A DNA stretch of 63,045 bases, counting the filler, from Olpidium bornovanus S191 (Eukaryota > Fungi > Olpidiomycota), in the NCBI GenBank assembly GCA_017911155.1. It is 28 parts of 28 records of this genome, joined end to end, with 100 filler letters (N's around TTAATTAATTAA, not from the genome) between each part and the next. Parts side by side here need not be neighbours in the genome. Positions count along the whole stretch, not along the records: positions 33,680 to 35,714 come from JAEFCI010008556.1; positions 35,815 to 40,489 come from JAEFCI010000361.1; positions 40,590 to 42,441 come from JAEFCI010008643.1; positions 42,542 to 44,643 come from JAEFCI010005293.1; 24 more parts are not named here. One strand, given 5' to 3'. The notes under the pieces are model-generated. The model was not told the DNA's origin. It ran no database searches and was given only the letters and a program-made list of their open reading frames with translations. The position numbers and the translations under genes are program-made. Of this stretch, positions 33,680-44,743 are shown piece by piece (the first letter of the stretch is position 1; every line of letters starts with the position of its first letter).

Positions 33680-35442
33680 CATGGTCCTTTTCACCGTTCC
33701 CGCACTGACCAATAGTATACGCAGCTCTCGATGAAGAAGGCGCCGTAAAACTCGACAATATACGGCGACTGGCTGCCGTGAAGAATGTCGAGCTCCATTA
33801 AAATCTGATTTAGCTTCGCCTGGTCCAGCTCTAATCGAATTTCCTGGATGCAAACGTGCGGGCGCGATTGTGATCCGACACGAAGCGGGGAGGAGAAAGT
33901 CGAGGCGGTGCCGGCAGGTGAGGTCAAGCCTCAAAAGAGGGACGTCGACAAAATTCGGGTAGAAAAAGATGGGATCAGATGAAAAACAGAAACCCGAAGG
34001 ACGCAAAATGGAACCCTCGCGGCATCCGCACGCGCACCTTCATCGCCATCGTGACGTTGGTGGGCCTGTGAAACACCCTCTGCACGGTGCCGTACTGGCC
34101 TTTGCCGAGCTCCTCGAGCAGCTGGAGCTCCGCCATGTTAATCTTGTAGCTCGGTCCGCTGCTGAAGTCCACTCCCTGAGCGTGAAGGACGGCTTTGCCG
34201 GAAAAATTTAGCCGTCCCGACGGGGCCCTGTTGCGCCGGCGCGACGCCGAGGAAAATAAAACATGAAAATAAAACGGTTACCGAGATGAGGCAACTTCAA
34301 ACAAAAACAAAACAAAAAATAATGGAAAAAAGACAAAAAGGGGGGGAAGATTAAAAAAAAAAAAGACAAATTAGAAATAAAAACAATAAAGGAAAAAAGA
34401 CACAAAAGGTGGGCGGCCAAAGATCCAAAAAAGAAATAAAAAAGAAATGACCAAAAACATAAAAAAGAGAAAAATAAAACAGAGAAAAAGAAAAGAAAAA
34501 ATAAAAAAGAGGGAAAAAATGAGAAAAATAAAGAGGAAAAAAAGAAGAATAAAAAGAGAAAGAAAAGAAGAAAAGAGGGGGAAAAACGGAAAAAAAGGAA
34601 AAAATAAACAAAAGGAAAAAGACGTAACAAAAAAGGAAAAAAAAAAATAGAAAACGAAAGAGGGAAAAAGGAAATAAAGAAAAAAACGGTGTTTCCCGCG
34701 ATGCGAACCATCCTTACACGTATTTCGTGAAGTTCGAAAACGGGAACACCGGCGGCGAACCCAGAGCCGACAGGGTCATGCGGGGCCGCCGGGATTTCAC
34801 GGACGCGACGCCCGCGGCGGAGCTTTTTGAATTCGTCGGCGGCTTGCCTCCGGCGGCGGGGCTGCTCCGCGCGCCCTTGACGTACGGGGTGATGAGCGGC
34901 CGCGGGCCGGGGCCGGCGGGGCCGCGCGGGAGGCCGGGCGGTGGGGCGACAGCGGCGGGCGGCGGCCGGAAAGCGGGCTGTCGCTGCGAACGAGGGTCGA
35001 TGCACAGCGCGGCCATCATCCGGGCCGTTTCCGTGGGGCTGGGCCCACCTAACGGAGGGGCCGACAACGGCGGCGGCGGGGCGGGACTCCGGGCCGCGGC
35101 CGCCGCGGCCGGTGGCGCCGTTCTCGGCGTGGTTGCGGCGGCGGCTGCGGCGACGGTGCAGCAGCACGCGGCGGCTGCCGTCGTCGACGTTACGGCGGCC
35201 GTGCCGGAGATCGTCACCGCGGCCGCAAGGGTCGTCGCGAGGGCGGCGCGGGCCGGGCTGCCTACGCAACGCTCCGCGGCGCGGTCCTGCTCGTCCTCGC
35301 CGTTGCCGCAGCCACCATGGCCGTCCTCCGCCGCTGCCACCGCGTCGCCGCCGTCGCCGTCGCCGCCGCCGGCGCGGCACGGGGGCGGGTGAGCTTGATC
35401 TGGAGGCGGGCGGAAGAAGAAGGCGTCCGACAGGTCGAGCAT
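33680..35442 (-). CDS. PBS2: MAP kinase kinase of the HOG pathway (Pbs2/Wis1); 3'-partial, spliced
   Basis: 'PFSNFTKYV|APSGRLNFSGKAVLHAQGVDFSSGPSYKINMAELQLLEELGKGQYGTVQRVFHRPTNVTMAMK|EIRLELDQAKLNQILMELDILH..PYIVEFYGAFFIESCVYY'. Pro/Ala-rich N-terminus; start codon inferred. Confidence 0.93.
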
Positions 35443-35640
35443 GACACGGGGGGGCCCCCGGTATCTCTTTCTTTTTTTTTTTTTTGTGCGTGGGGGAGGG
35501 GGAGGGGCCACTTCTTTCCCCACTCGCCTCTCCCACCCCCTCAACCGGGGTCGGAAGAAAGGGCTTTTTCGGTTCTTCTTCGCACGCGCACGCGGAGGGG
35601 AGGAGAAGTATGCGCCGGCGCCCCACACTCCCGTCTTTTT

Positions 35641-35702
<62 letters not shown>

Positions 35703-35814
35703 CGGCCCCTTCTCNNNNNNNNNNNNNNNNNNNNNNNNNNNNNNNNNNNNNNNNNNNNTTAATTAATTAANNNNNNNNNNNNNNNNNNNNNNNNNNNNNN
35801 NNNNNNNNNNNNNN

Positions 35815-37203
35815 GCAAGCGGGCCGGAACAGAGAAATCTGCATTGGTGGTGAATTCTTTCTGCTCCAGGCAAACCGTCAGTATGGCGGCATCAGCAGAG
35901 CAGGTGTTGGAAGGACGGAGGTGGTTTAGACATGGCCGGCGTGCCGGTCGCCTGTATCGAGGGAAATCAGCTATTGCCGGCGGGGAAAACTGAATAAGTT
36001 GTCGTTGGAGTTTGACACTTCGTGTACGGCGGACGGGCACGCGCTGCGGTCTCTGCGTGGCCGCGGATTAGCTCGGGTTGCTCTGTGCGGAGCCCTCTTA
36101 CAAATCCGTTCCACGCCGCGCCGTGGGGAAAAAAAAAAATTGTCTCCGCAGTCCGTTCTACGGTGTTCATCCCCGTGTCGTCTCCCAAACTGCCGCGTCA
36201 CGCGCCTCGTCTGTAACCGAGAAGTACACCACCGGCCTGTCCCTGCTCTCCTCGGTCGTCGCCTTGGCAAGGACCCGCGCAAGCAGCGCCGCGGCCGTGC
36301 GCTCCGCTGCGCCCGCCGGCAGCTCGGCAAGCAAATGGGGGTGGGCGACCGCGGGCGTGGGCATCGCCGGCGCGCTCGCGGGGGCGTACGCCGGCAGGGA
36401 ACACATTACGCGCGGGGGGAGCTTCCTGACTGGTCACGTGGAGTTTGCCAGCGCGCTGATCAGAGTTTCCGAACTTCGGAATCGGTAAGATTTTGCTGAT
36501 TTACAAGGCGGCGGGGACCGGATGAGGCAAACGACGCACCGGATACTAGGGTATTAGGATTTTAGCGGTTTACACAGTATTCTTTTTGGGCGTTAACGCC
36601 GGTTACGGGCGCAGCGTCGAGATTATGCGGCAAGACACGGAACTGATGTTTCGGACGTTTTACAACGAGGTGCGGGATTTGCTGGATGCGTCGTGACCCA
36701 AGTGCGAAGAGAGTGCAGCACCGAACGCGTTTGTGCACCGTCGTCACGCTCGACTCGCTTTCCCTCCGTTTTGGAAAGGTCCGGTGCAAAGGCCCGACCG
36801 CGGTCAGCTACGAAACGCGGACGTTCATTGAGCTGCCGCCGTCGGCGGCAGCCGAGTTTTTCATCAAGGTCCAGATGGACGCCGAAGACGAGATCGACGC
36901 GCACGTTCGTTGCCCGCGCCCACCGCTTCCCCCCGCTCCCGTTCTTTTCCCCCGCCTGATTTCGGAAATTCCGGCCCGCCGTGCAGATGAACATGTTCAG
37001 CCCGACCTTCCTGGAATACCCGGTCCTGCCGTGGACCAACGGCGCCAAGGCGGAGCCGAAAGCGAATTCGGCGTATTACGTTCTCGCGCAGGAGACGATT
37101 CGGACGGTCGTGGGGATGGTGGAGCGAGCGGACGCGCGGATCGTCCGCCAGGGGTCGTTCTGCGGCGCGGCGTCGGATGTTATACAGAGCGAGATCTGCG
37201 ATT
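35815..37203 (+). CDS. Alpha/beta-hydrolase-fold (DUF676/PGAP1-like) fungal protein, C-terminal part; spliced
   Basis: Joined exons give 'FDT(S)PFYGVHP', 'KWGW..AGALAGAYAGREHITRGGSFLTGHVEFASAL', 'RTFIELPP..AEDEIDAHV' and 'NMFSP..NSAYYVLAQET', a motif series recalled from a fungal hydrolase-like family. Stop at 37201-37203. Confidence 0.55.
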
Positions 37204-37646
37204 AGCCGGACGGCGGCCAGCCGCTGTCATTGCCAAGACGCTTTCTTTTTCTACTCATACACGGGGCCTTGACCGAGGTCCGCGGGGGCAAATTGCCTGT
37301 CACGGGGGGAGGTGGGGGGTGACGCGTCTGAGGACACGGTGGGTGTCGGGGGTTTGCCGCAGCGCGCGGGCACGACAGCAGCGGCGGCAGGTGGCCGGCA
37401 GAGCGGCGCGTCCTGCGGACAGTTTTGGGTCGACAAGGGCGGGGGTGTCCAAGACCCAGCGCGACTCTCACCCCCGTTCGTGGCGAAGTTTAACGGGAAC
37501 CCCTTTTTTTTTTTCCGCGGCTCCGGTCTGCGCGGCGACACACCCCCCCCCCCCCCCTTTTTTCCCCCCCCCCCGCCCCCCCCCCCCCCCCCCCCCCTTT
37601 CGTCCCCCTCCCCGGACTTTCCCGCCGAACACCTCCAGGACCGTCC

Positions 37647-39464
37647 ATGGCCGCCGCGAGCGCAGTCGCCGCCACGCCGCACAGGCGCCTCTCGCGGCGC
37701 GCCCACCTGAACCACACCGCGGCGGACGATGCCGCCGCGGCGCCCGCCGGAACGCAGGACGGTCAACAGCAGCAGCGCGGTGTGAGCGCCGCGGAGGTCG
37801 CGTTCGGCCCTTACTTCGCAGAGCTCGACGCCTCGTTCCGCACCCTCGCCGCCAACGTCGACCGCCTCTGCTCCCTCGGCGACGCGCTCGGCGAGTTCAA
37901 CGCGTCCTTTAGCGCGCTGCTCGCGGGGATGCATTTCGGGAACGCGGCCGTGGAGTTTCCCCAGGTAAACGAGAAAACAACAAAAAAAAAACATGAAAAA
38001 TCCCGCCGAGACGCTAGCCGGGTCCCCGGCCTTTTCCGGCGATCCCGGGGTGTGCTTCATGCGTTTTTTTCGAGAAGCCAGGCGGCTTATCTTTTCTTTC
38101 TCCTTTTATTTTTTCCCCCTCTTTCCGCCAACCTCTCTCTTCCGCGTTCCTCTGTTAGGCGCCGGTTAAGGAATCCTTCGACCGCGTCCAATCGAAATAC
38201 CACGTCCGGAGGCTTGCCGGTACGGACTCCTCGCGCCGCCTTCGCGGCGCGCCCCCGTGAACCCTTTGAACCTCAAAAAAGTTTCAGCTTTCGTGCGTTC
38301 GACCTGCGACGCTCTCCCGCGCGTTAGGTAACAGCTCTGTGCCCAGCCGGATGCCTCAGCCTGTGTCGTCGTCGGCCGCGGCCGGCGCGGCGCAGCGAAA
38401 CGCGGCGGCGAAGTCTCACCCTTTGGCGGTGAATTCGGCCGCGGCGAACGCCGCGCAGGCGGCGCCTTATTGTCCGATCCCGTCTTCGGCCGCCGAGGCG
38501 CGGCCTCGCGAGAAAGCCGCGCCGCCCGCAGTCAAGGCGCGTATGTCAACCGGCCAAACGATCACAAAAATTGGGGGGGGGGGGGGGAGAGAGAATCCGG
38601 CGGCGGTTTCTGATCACGCCGCGTGCTTTGTTGGGCCCGCCCCGCGGGAACCGCCTTTAATCATGCTCACGGGCCGCGTCGACCCCCTGCCCTCCCTCCA
38701 GAACGGAAACGCGAAGCGCAGGAACCTCGCGTTCGTGAAAAAGATCGTCGACGCCCTGCCGCTGAAATACAGGGACAACCCGCACAGGCAGGTGATCGAG
38801 TCCGTTCTGAAGGCTCTGCGGGAAGCTCCGGACGGCCTGTACGTTTCCAAGGCTCGGGTTTTTTGCGATTTTTTTTTAAATCCCTTGCGGACTTCAGGGA
38901 AATTTCTTCTGATCCGGGGTGCCCGCGCGGTTGTCGGCGGTGTGGTGAGGGGGCGGGGGGGAGAGAGAGAGGTGGACGACTTGATTTTCAGTGAATATTG
39001 CGCCGCCTTAAACCCCCTGTTACCCCTTTCTACCGCGCAAACAAGTTACATGCAGGACGTCGACAAGCTCACGGGAAACGACGTACCTAAAACCCGGTGC
39101 ACCGAGTATCTCAACGCGCTGGTGTACTCCAAGCACGTGGTCAGAGTCAGCCGGAGGGGGAGAAAGAGAGAAAGAGAGAGAGCTTGAGGAGGTCAAAAGC
39201 GCGAGGGGCGATGGGCAACATAAGACGTGGGAAAAAAAAAACGGGTGCCAGCGCGTAGAGACGCTGACCGGGGATTTTCTTTCGGTTGATTTTTTTTCCA
39301 CTTCCGCCAATTCCCCGAAAACCGCGGGGTCGGTTCCCCCGCGCGCACAACTTGTCACCCCACCTCGCTCGGTTTCCCCCCACACGCGCGCGCGCGCGTG
39401 CTCGCGTTAACAACAGGGGTTAGTTTTCCAGCTCGACCCCATCATGTATCCGCCCTTGAAGTAG
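37647..39464 (+). CDS. DAM1: DASH/Dam1 kinetochore complex subunit Dam1 with a C-terminal extension; spliced
   Basis: 'FAELDASFRTLAANVDRLCSLGDALGEFNASFSALLAGMHFGNAAVEFPQ|APVKESFDR' fits the DASH_Dam1 pattern (FAEL..L..L..FNESF..FL.G....V.FP.AP..ESF.R). Later exons 38702-38838, 39046-~39145 and 39417-39464 end GLVFQLDPIMYPPLK*. Confidence 0.85.
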
Positions 39465-40314
39465 AAACGATAAGATGCGAAAGAGGTAAAGGCGCGGGAA
39501 AGGATTCGCTTCTCATTAAAAAAGCGATTGCTTATAAAGATGTGTTTCTCTTTTTCTCGTTCCCTGCTCCGGGAGAGATCCACTGGATCCCCGTTCAAAT
39601 TTCGTCGAGGATTTTCGTATTTCGTTCACCGGCCGTCTATATTCAATCTACAGTTATGCTATGCGTAATATTCGTCAGACACTTCATGTAATCGTATTCG
39701 CATACAATATCTGTAGTGACAAATTTTATTTTTGATAGAATTTTTTCTTGAAAATTCAGGCTTGATATGCGGAGAATTCGCCTCGGTCCCAGGGCTTTTC
39801 GTTTTTGGAAGTGCGGTCACGCGCACACCGCTCAAAATAACCGAATCTCCGCGCCCGGCCATCACCCGAGACATGTTCGCTTTTGATGGAGGGGGGCTGC
39901 TTGCGACACGCCTTTGCCACAAATTGTGCTCAACTTTTCACGATCGCAACACGGCGACGATGCCCGAACGCGGCTGGCAGGCGCAGCAGCGTACGGGCAA
40001 ACAGGGGTCGAGCTCACCGGAGCAGCCTGGCCGCTTTTTTGGGGGGTCCGCTCGCTCGCCAGCATTTGAATACCCAAGTTCCAGGACCGATAATCGGCTT
40101 GGCAATCCGTTTTGACCCCTGGTCGCGATGGAACCGTTACTAATCGCGTTGCCAAGGAACCACGGCGATGCAAAAAACACCACCGCCCCTCCCCCCCCCC
40201 TTTCCTCTCCAGCCGAGCGGTTCCGTTAAATCCACGCGTGGCATCACCGTCTATTACAGAGAGATGAAAGACTGAGATTCACACGCCCGGACAGCGTCGA
40301 AACTCAGGTAGCCG

Positions 40315-40489
40315 TTACCGCTGGTGACCGTCGTCCTCACTCTCCAGCAGCATCGCCTCCAGGCGGCCCATGGTTGCCTCTCCCTCGGGCGTCAGCTGCA
40401 CGTCACCCGCGTTCGCGTCGGTGATGAGCGCGTCCTCGTCCCGGGAGACGTCGGGCTCGCCATCGGCAAAATAGACCGTCGGCGCGTCA
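40315..40489 (-). CDS. CLNS1A: Methylosome subunit pICln (Lot5-like), last exon
   Basis: DAPTVYFADGEPDVSRDEDALITDANAGDVQLTPEGEATMGRLEAMLLESEDDGHQR*. 'LTPEGEATMGRLEAML' parallels the pICln C-terminal LTAEGQATLERLEGML. Confidence 0.7.
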
Positions 40490-40856
40490 NNNNNNNNNNN
40501 NNNNNNNNNNNNNNNNNNNNNNNNNNNNNNNNNTTAATTAATTAANNNNNNNNNNNNNNNNNNNNNNNNNNNNNNNNNNNNNNNNNNNNGCTGGAGAAAC
40601 CACGAGGGCTAGCGTCCCATCCCTGGGAAGTGGAGGTTCAGTAGATAGAACCTCAACGGCGACATCGCCAGAATATTTCTCTAATCCCGGATATTTCGCA
40701 TATTTTCGCCGAGCACCTCCTCAGCTAGAGATTTTGCGCATTTGCAAATTACGTAGCGTTCGTGAAACGGCAATACACCAATTTCGCTGCCCTAAGCATG
40801 GTGCGGGGGACGCAGGGAAGGCATTCAAGGTTAAGAAACCTGAAAAAAAAAATTTA

Positions 40857-40928
40857 CCTAGGATCGGGGATTCGAAACCCGGCCGTCCCGTTGAAAGCGG
40901 GAAATCCTAACCACTGGACCAATCCGGA
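40857..40928 (-). tRNA. tRNA-Glu(TTC), structurally defective (possible pseudogene)
   Basis: TCCGGAT TG GTCC AGTGGTTA GGAT T TCCCG CTTTCAA CGGGA CGGC CGGGT TTCGAAT CCCCG ATCCTAG G. D arm and anticodon arm are intact; G53>T mismatch in the T stem; acceptor pairs 2:71 and 3:70 are mismatched. A T-run Pol III terminator follows. Confidence 0.75.
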
Positions 40929-41564
40929 TATTTCCCGCGGTGCGTTTCATTCTGTGTTCCTGGCATATATTAATGCAAACGCGCTGACGGCACGCCGCTC
41001 CGGCGCCGCCAGCCGCTCAAAGGGCGGGGATCCGGAGTTTGGGTTCCTTTGCCCGGCAAACCACGCGCTGTCCCTTCCTTCTCCCCTCCACCCCAATGCC
41101 GTTTCCCCGTGCGGGCCGCCGAGAGAGCGCGCGTGCGGATTTTTTGGACGGCGGTTCCGCGAAGAACGCAGCAAAAAACGTTCCGTTGAGTTCGATCGCG
41201 CGTTGCGTAACGCGGGGAACGGGCGCGGCGGGTGATGGTTCGCAGCGGAAAAAATTGCCGCCGCATCCAATATTGCGAGCGTGTACGAATGGGGGCCAAG
41301 TTGCATGCAGACGCGGGAAAAGATTGCGACCCTCCTGCAGCGCGGCCTGGTGTAAATGGAGCGCAAAAAGCTCAGGCAGTCGAAAACACACGAGCGTTTC
41401 TGCTCCTGCAAGCAGCGTGCCGGGGAACAAATGATGACGTCGGCCCGAACAGGGAACTCCGAAATGGCTTACATGGTTGCAGCTCAAATTCTGACCTCCG
41501 ACCCTGCCTCGCTAACTCGACGCTGGAATTAAGCCGGCAATCCTTCCATTCGGCGAAGGGCACC

Positions 41565-41603
<39 letters not shown>

Positions 41604-42025
41604 CCCCCCCCCCCCCCCCCCGCCCCCCGCCCCCCCCCCCCCCCCCCCCCCCCCCCTCTCCTCCCCGCTCGCGCGCGCGCGACGCAGACACGCGGCGGAA
41701 CGGACTCCCAGGTGTGAAAGGCCTCGGGGTCATGCTGGTAGTTGGAGTTCCGGCGGGCCTCCCTCCCGGCCCTGGGGTGAAAGCGGTTTCGTTGAATCGC
41801 TCGTCCGCCTTTTGTTGTGCCCCGTTCGCCCGCGGCCGTGTGTGACGAAACAGGCTGACGTGGTGATCATGCGACAACCCGCCCCTTGTGTTGACCACGA
41901 CGGTCCGGATCGGAAAGTTGCCGCTCCACCGTCCCCATCCTCCTCATCCCCCCCTTTTTCCCTCTCCGGAATACGAGCTGTAGCGACGCGCCTGAGCGGC
42001 TGGCAGGAGCCGACTTTGTGCGACT

Positions 42026-42378
42026 ATGACGGTCAGCAAGCAGGAGGCACCTGCCTATACGAAGTTGGAGAAGATCGGGGAGGGCACCTATGGAGTCGTG
42101 TACAAAGCGAAATGCGAGGCGACTAACGCCATCGTGGCTATGAAGAAGATCCGCCTGGAGGCCGAAGATGAGGGGATCCCGAGCACCGCCATTCGCGAGG
42201 TAGCGCTCCTGCGTGAGCTGAAGCACGACAACATCGTGAAGTGCGTTGGCCCGACCTGTCAGGGGCGTGGGGACGCTGCTGTCCGCGCGACGTTGCGCTC
42301 ACGGTCGGCCGGTTCGTTATCATGACCGCCTGAGTAGGCTCATTGACATCCACCACAAGGATGCGAACCTGTACCTTG
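42026..42378 (+). CDS. CDK1: Cyclin-dependent kinase 1 (Cdc2/Cdc28), N-terminal exons; partial
   Basis: [54 protein letters not shown]|[13 protein letters not shown], with the PSTAIRE motif. Second exon 42338-42378. Confidence 0.92.
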
Positions 42379-42554
42379 GTAGGGGCCGAAAGCCGCCTGT
42401 CATCCTGTTTTGCTTGCGTAATGTGTCTTGCGTTGCGGAAANNNNNNNNNNNNNNNNNNNNNNNNNNNNNNNNNNNNNNNNNNNNTTAATTAATTAANNN
42501 NNNNNNNNNNNNNNNNNNNNNNNNNNNNNNNNNNNNNNNNNCATGAAGACTTAC

Positions 42555-44125
42555 CAACCTTTGCTTTGTTGAGATCCCACACAACAATTGCACCATTCGT
42601 CGCGGCCGTAATAATCTTATCCTTAGTGTCTTAAGAAATTGACGCAGAAGACAAGATCAGCGATACTGTGCGGAAGATGCGGCGAGAAGTGCCCCAAGGG
42701 CAAAAAGCCGATGTGACTTACGGCCGAACCCCCACTTCACGTCGGATATGCTGAAGTTAAGATTGAGCCTGCTTCCGGATCGTAGGTTGTCCGAGGCCCG
42801 GATGTCGTACTCGCCCACAATAATGATTCTCAGTACTGGCAGGGAGATTTGGCAATAATCAGTTTCAAGGATACGCCGGTGACGATCCCTCTTTCGCTGA
42901 AAAACATCTGCTCTTGCACAACTGTCATACTCCCGTACTAACCTTCTCGGCCAGCAACCACTGCGCGACGCCAGTCAGGAGACGCGGCCAAGGCGTTTAG
43001 TCCTCCGCCCATCTTTAAGCGCAGCAAAGGCTGAGCGGGAGCGCTGAAAAGAGCAAAGTCGGCCGCGTTCTGGTCGCTGGCCGTTTGCGACGTGGAGTTC
43101 GTGGTGCTGTACGTAACGAGGTTGGCAAACGAAAGTCTCCCAGGATGGCGGCGCGTCCCGCGGCGCCCAGATCCGCCGGTCGTCGGCACAAGCTCCCCCA
43201 CTTCGGCAGTCGTGTGGCCTGCAGCACCGCCACTTGCGCCGGGCCGGGCATGCGGCGCGACAGAGCCCGATCGTGCCCTCGGGGAGAGGGGCCGGTCAAT
43301 TGACGGAGACGGCTCCAAAATGGGAAAGCTTATCGGCGCCGCCGCGGTCGACGTGCCGGAGCCCGGGCTACCCCGAGGCAGCACAACGTCTTTTGCGACC
43401 GTCTTGACCGGACCCTCGGCGGCGACTGCGGAGGCGAGGGACTCGGCGCTGCCCCGCGTGGGCTGCACGAGATCGGTGGCAGCCACAGGCGCAACGCACA
43501 TGGCACCGGCGTTGGGGTTGCCGTCGTTGAAACCCAGCATTGCGGCCGTGGTGGTCGCTTCGCACGGGACGATCCTGGCCGATTGCGCGTTACCTGCCAG
43601 CGACAGGGTCGGGAGCGACGCGTGTCCGGAGAACGAAGTCCTCAAACGCCCAGAGGATGACGAAGCGCTGCCCTGCTTCGGCGAACGCAGGCCAATGGTG
43701 ACGTGTTGCAGCGGAACGGGAGGCGACGAGGACGAGGAGGACGACAAAGACGACGACAGCAAATGCCGATGCGTTCCGAGCAGGCCGCCAGCTGCGTTCA
43801 CGTCGGGCTCGGCGGCCAGCAAGGACGGCGTGACTGGCACGGGATGCGCCGGCACAGGTGCGGACGGCGGCGACGAACGGCGCGCGAGGCTGCCGGCGGC
43901 GTGCTGCGGCAACGCTTGCGCTTCTGCCGGGTCGGCGGTGATAGAAGAGGACGGCGCAAAGGAGGCGGCAGGTGGCGAAGACGCCGGGGCGTTTGCGCGC
44001 GCCCCCATCCCGCCTCGCCTGCGGCGCACCGCTTGTTGCGGAGCCCGCGCCGGTGCTGTTGTTCCTGCTGCTTGAGCCGGCCCCTCCTCGCCGAGAGGCT
44101 GCTCGGCCGCCGAGTCCGGCGGCAT
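42555..44125 (-). CDS. WDR24: GATOR2/SEA complex WD40 subunit WDR24 (Sea2/Rtc1) with a long low-complexity N-terminus; 3'-partial, spliced
   Basis: 'LNALAASPDWRRAVVAGRE|VLRII..NLRSGSRLNLNFSISDVKW..|KIITAATNGAIVVWDLNK' parallels WDR24 (NLRVGRKPSLNLSCADVVW..LATAATNGVVVTWNL). ATG at 44125 inferred. Confidence 0.85.
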
Positions 44126-44203
44126 CCTCGGGGCGCGCGGGCTGGCTTTAGAGTTCTCTAAAGACAAGCGGGGTTTCGGTGGCGTTTTCCCGGCAGCGCG
44201 GAG

Positions 44204-44315
44204 GGAGCACGCGGAGTTTCCCCGCTGGCCGCGGATTGCCTCCTGCCCGGCACGTGACCGGAGCACGCGGGGTTTCCCCGCTGGCCGCGGATCGCCTCCT
44301 GCCCGGCACGTGACC
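44204..44315. repeat. 56-bp tandem duplication upstream of WDR24; each copy holds a GTCACGTG E-box
   Basis: Copies at 44204-44259 and 44260-44315 differ at 2 positions. CACGTG at 44251-44256 and 44307-44312. Confidence 0.9.
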
Positions 44316-44743
44316 AGAATGGAAAAGAAACCTTTGGCGCCTTCATTCTGCTGCATTTCCGCTGCCGTCACAAAACCCCCTCCTCTCAATCATCAAGTGG
44401 CCAAGGAATCTCGCGGCCAACGTGAAGAGGGCAAAATTGCGGATAATGCAGGGAGAAGCAATGCGTGGCCAACGGGGAGAACCAAGGTGATGGAGGGGAG
44501 AGAACGAGCGGGAAGGGGAGAAAGCATGGCCTCGTGCCAGAGGGAAATCTCTCACCTGAACTTGCAAGCGGACACGAGGGCCCGTCTTGCCCTGAAGAAA
44601 AGCGAGAGGGACCGGAAAGCCGAGACGCTTGCTGTCACGTAAGNNNNNNNNNNNNNNNNNNNNNNNNNNNNNNNNNNNNNNNNNNNNTTAATTAATTAAN
44701 NNNNNNNNNNNNNNNNNNNNNNNNNNNNNNNNNNNNNNNNNNN

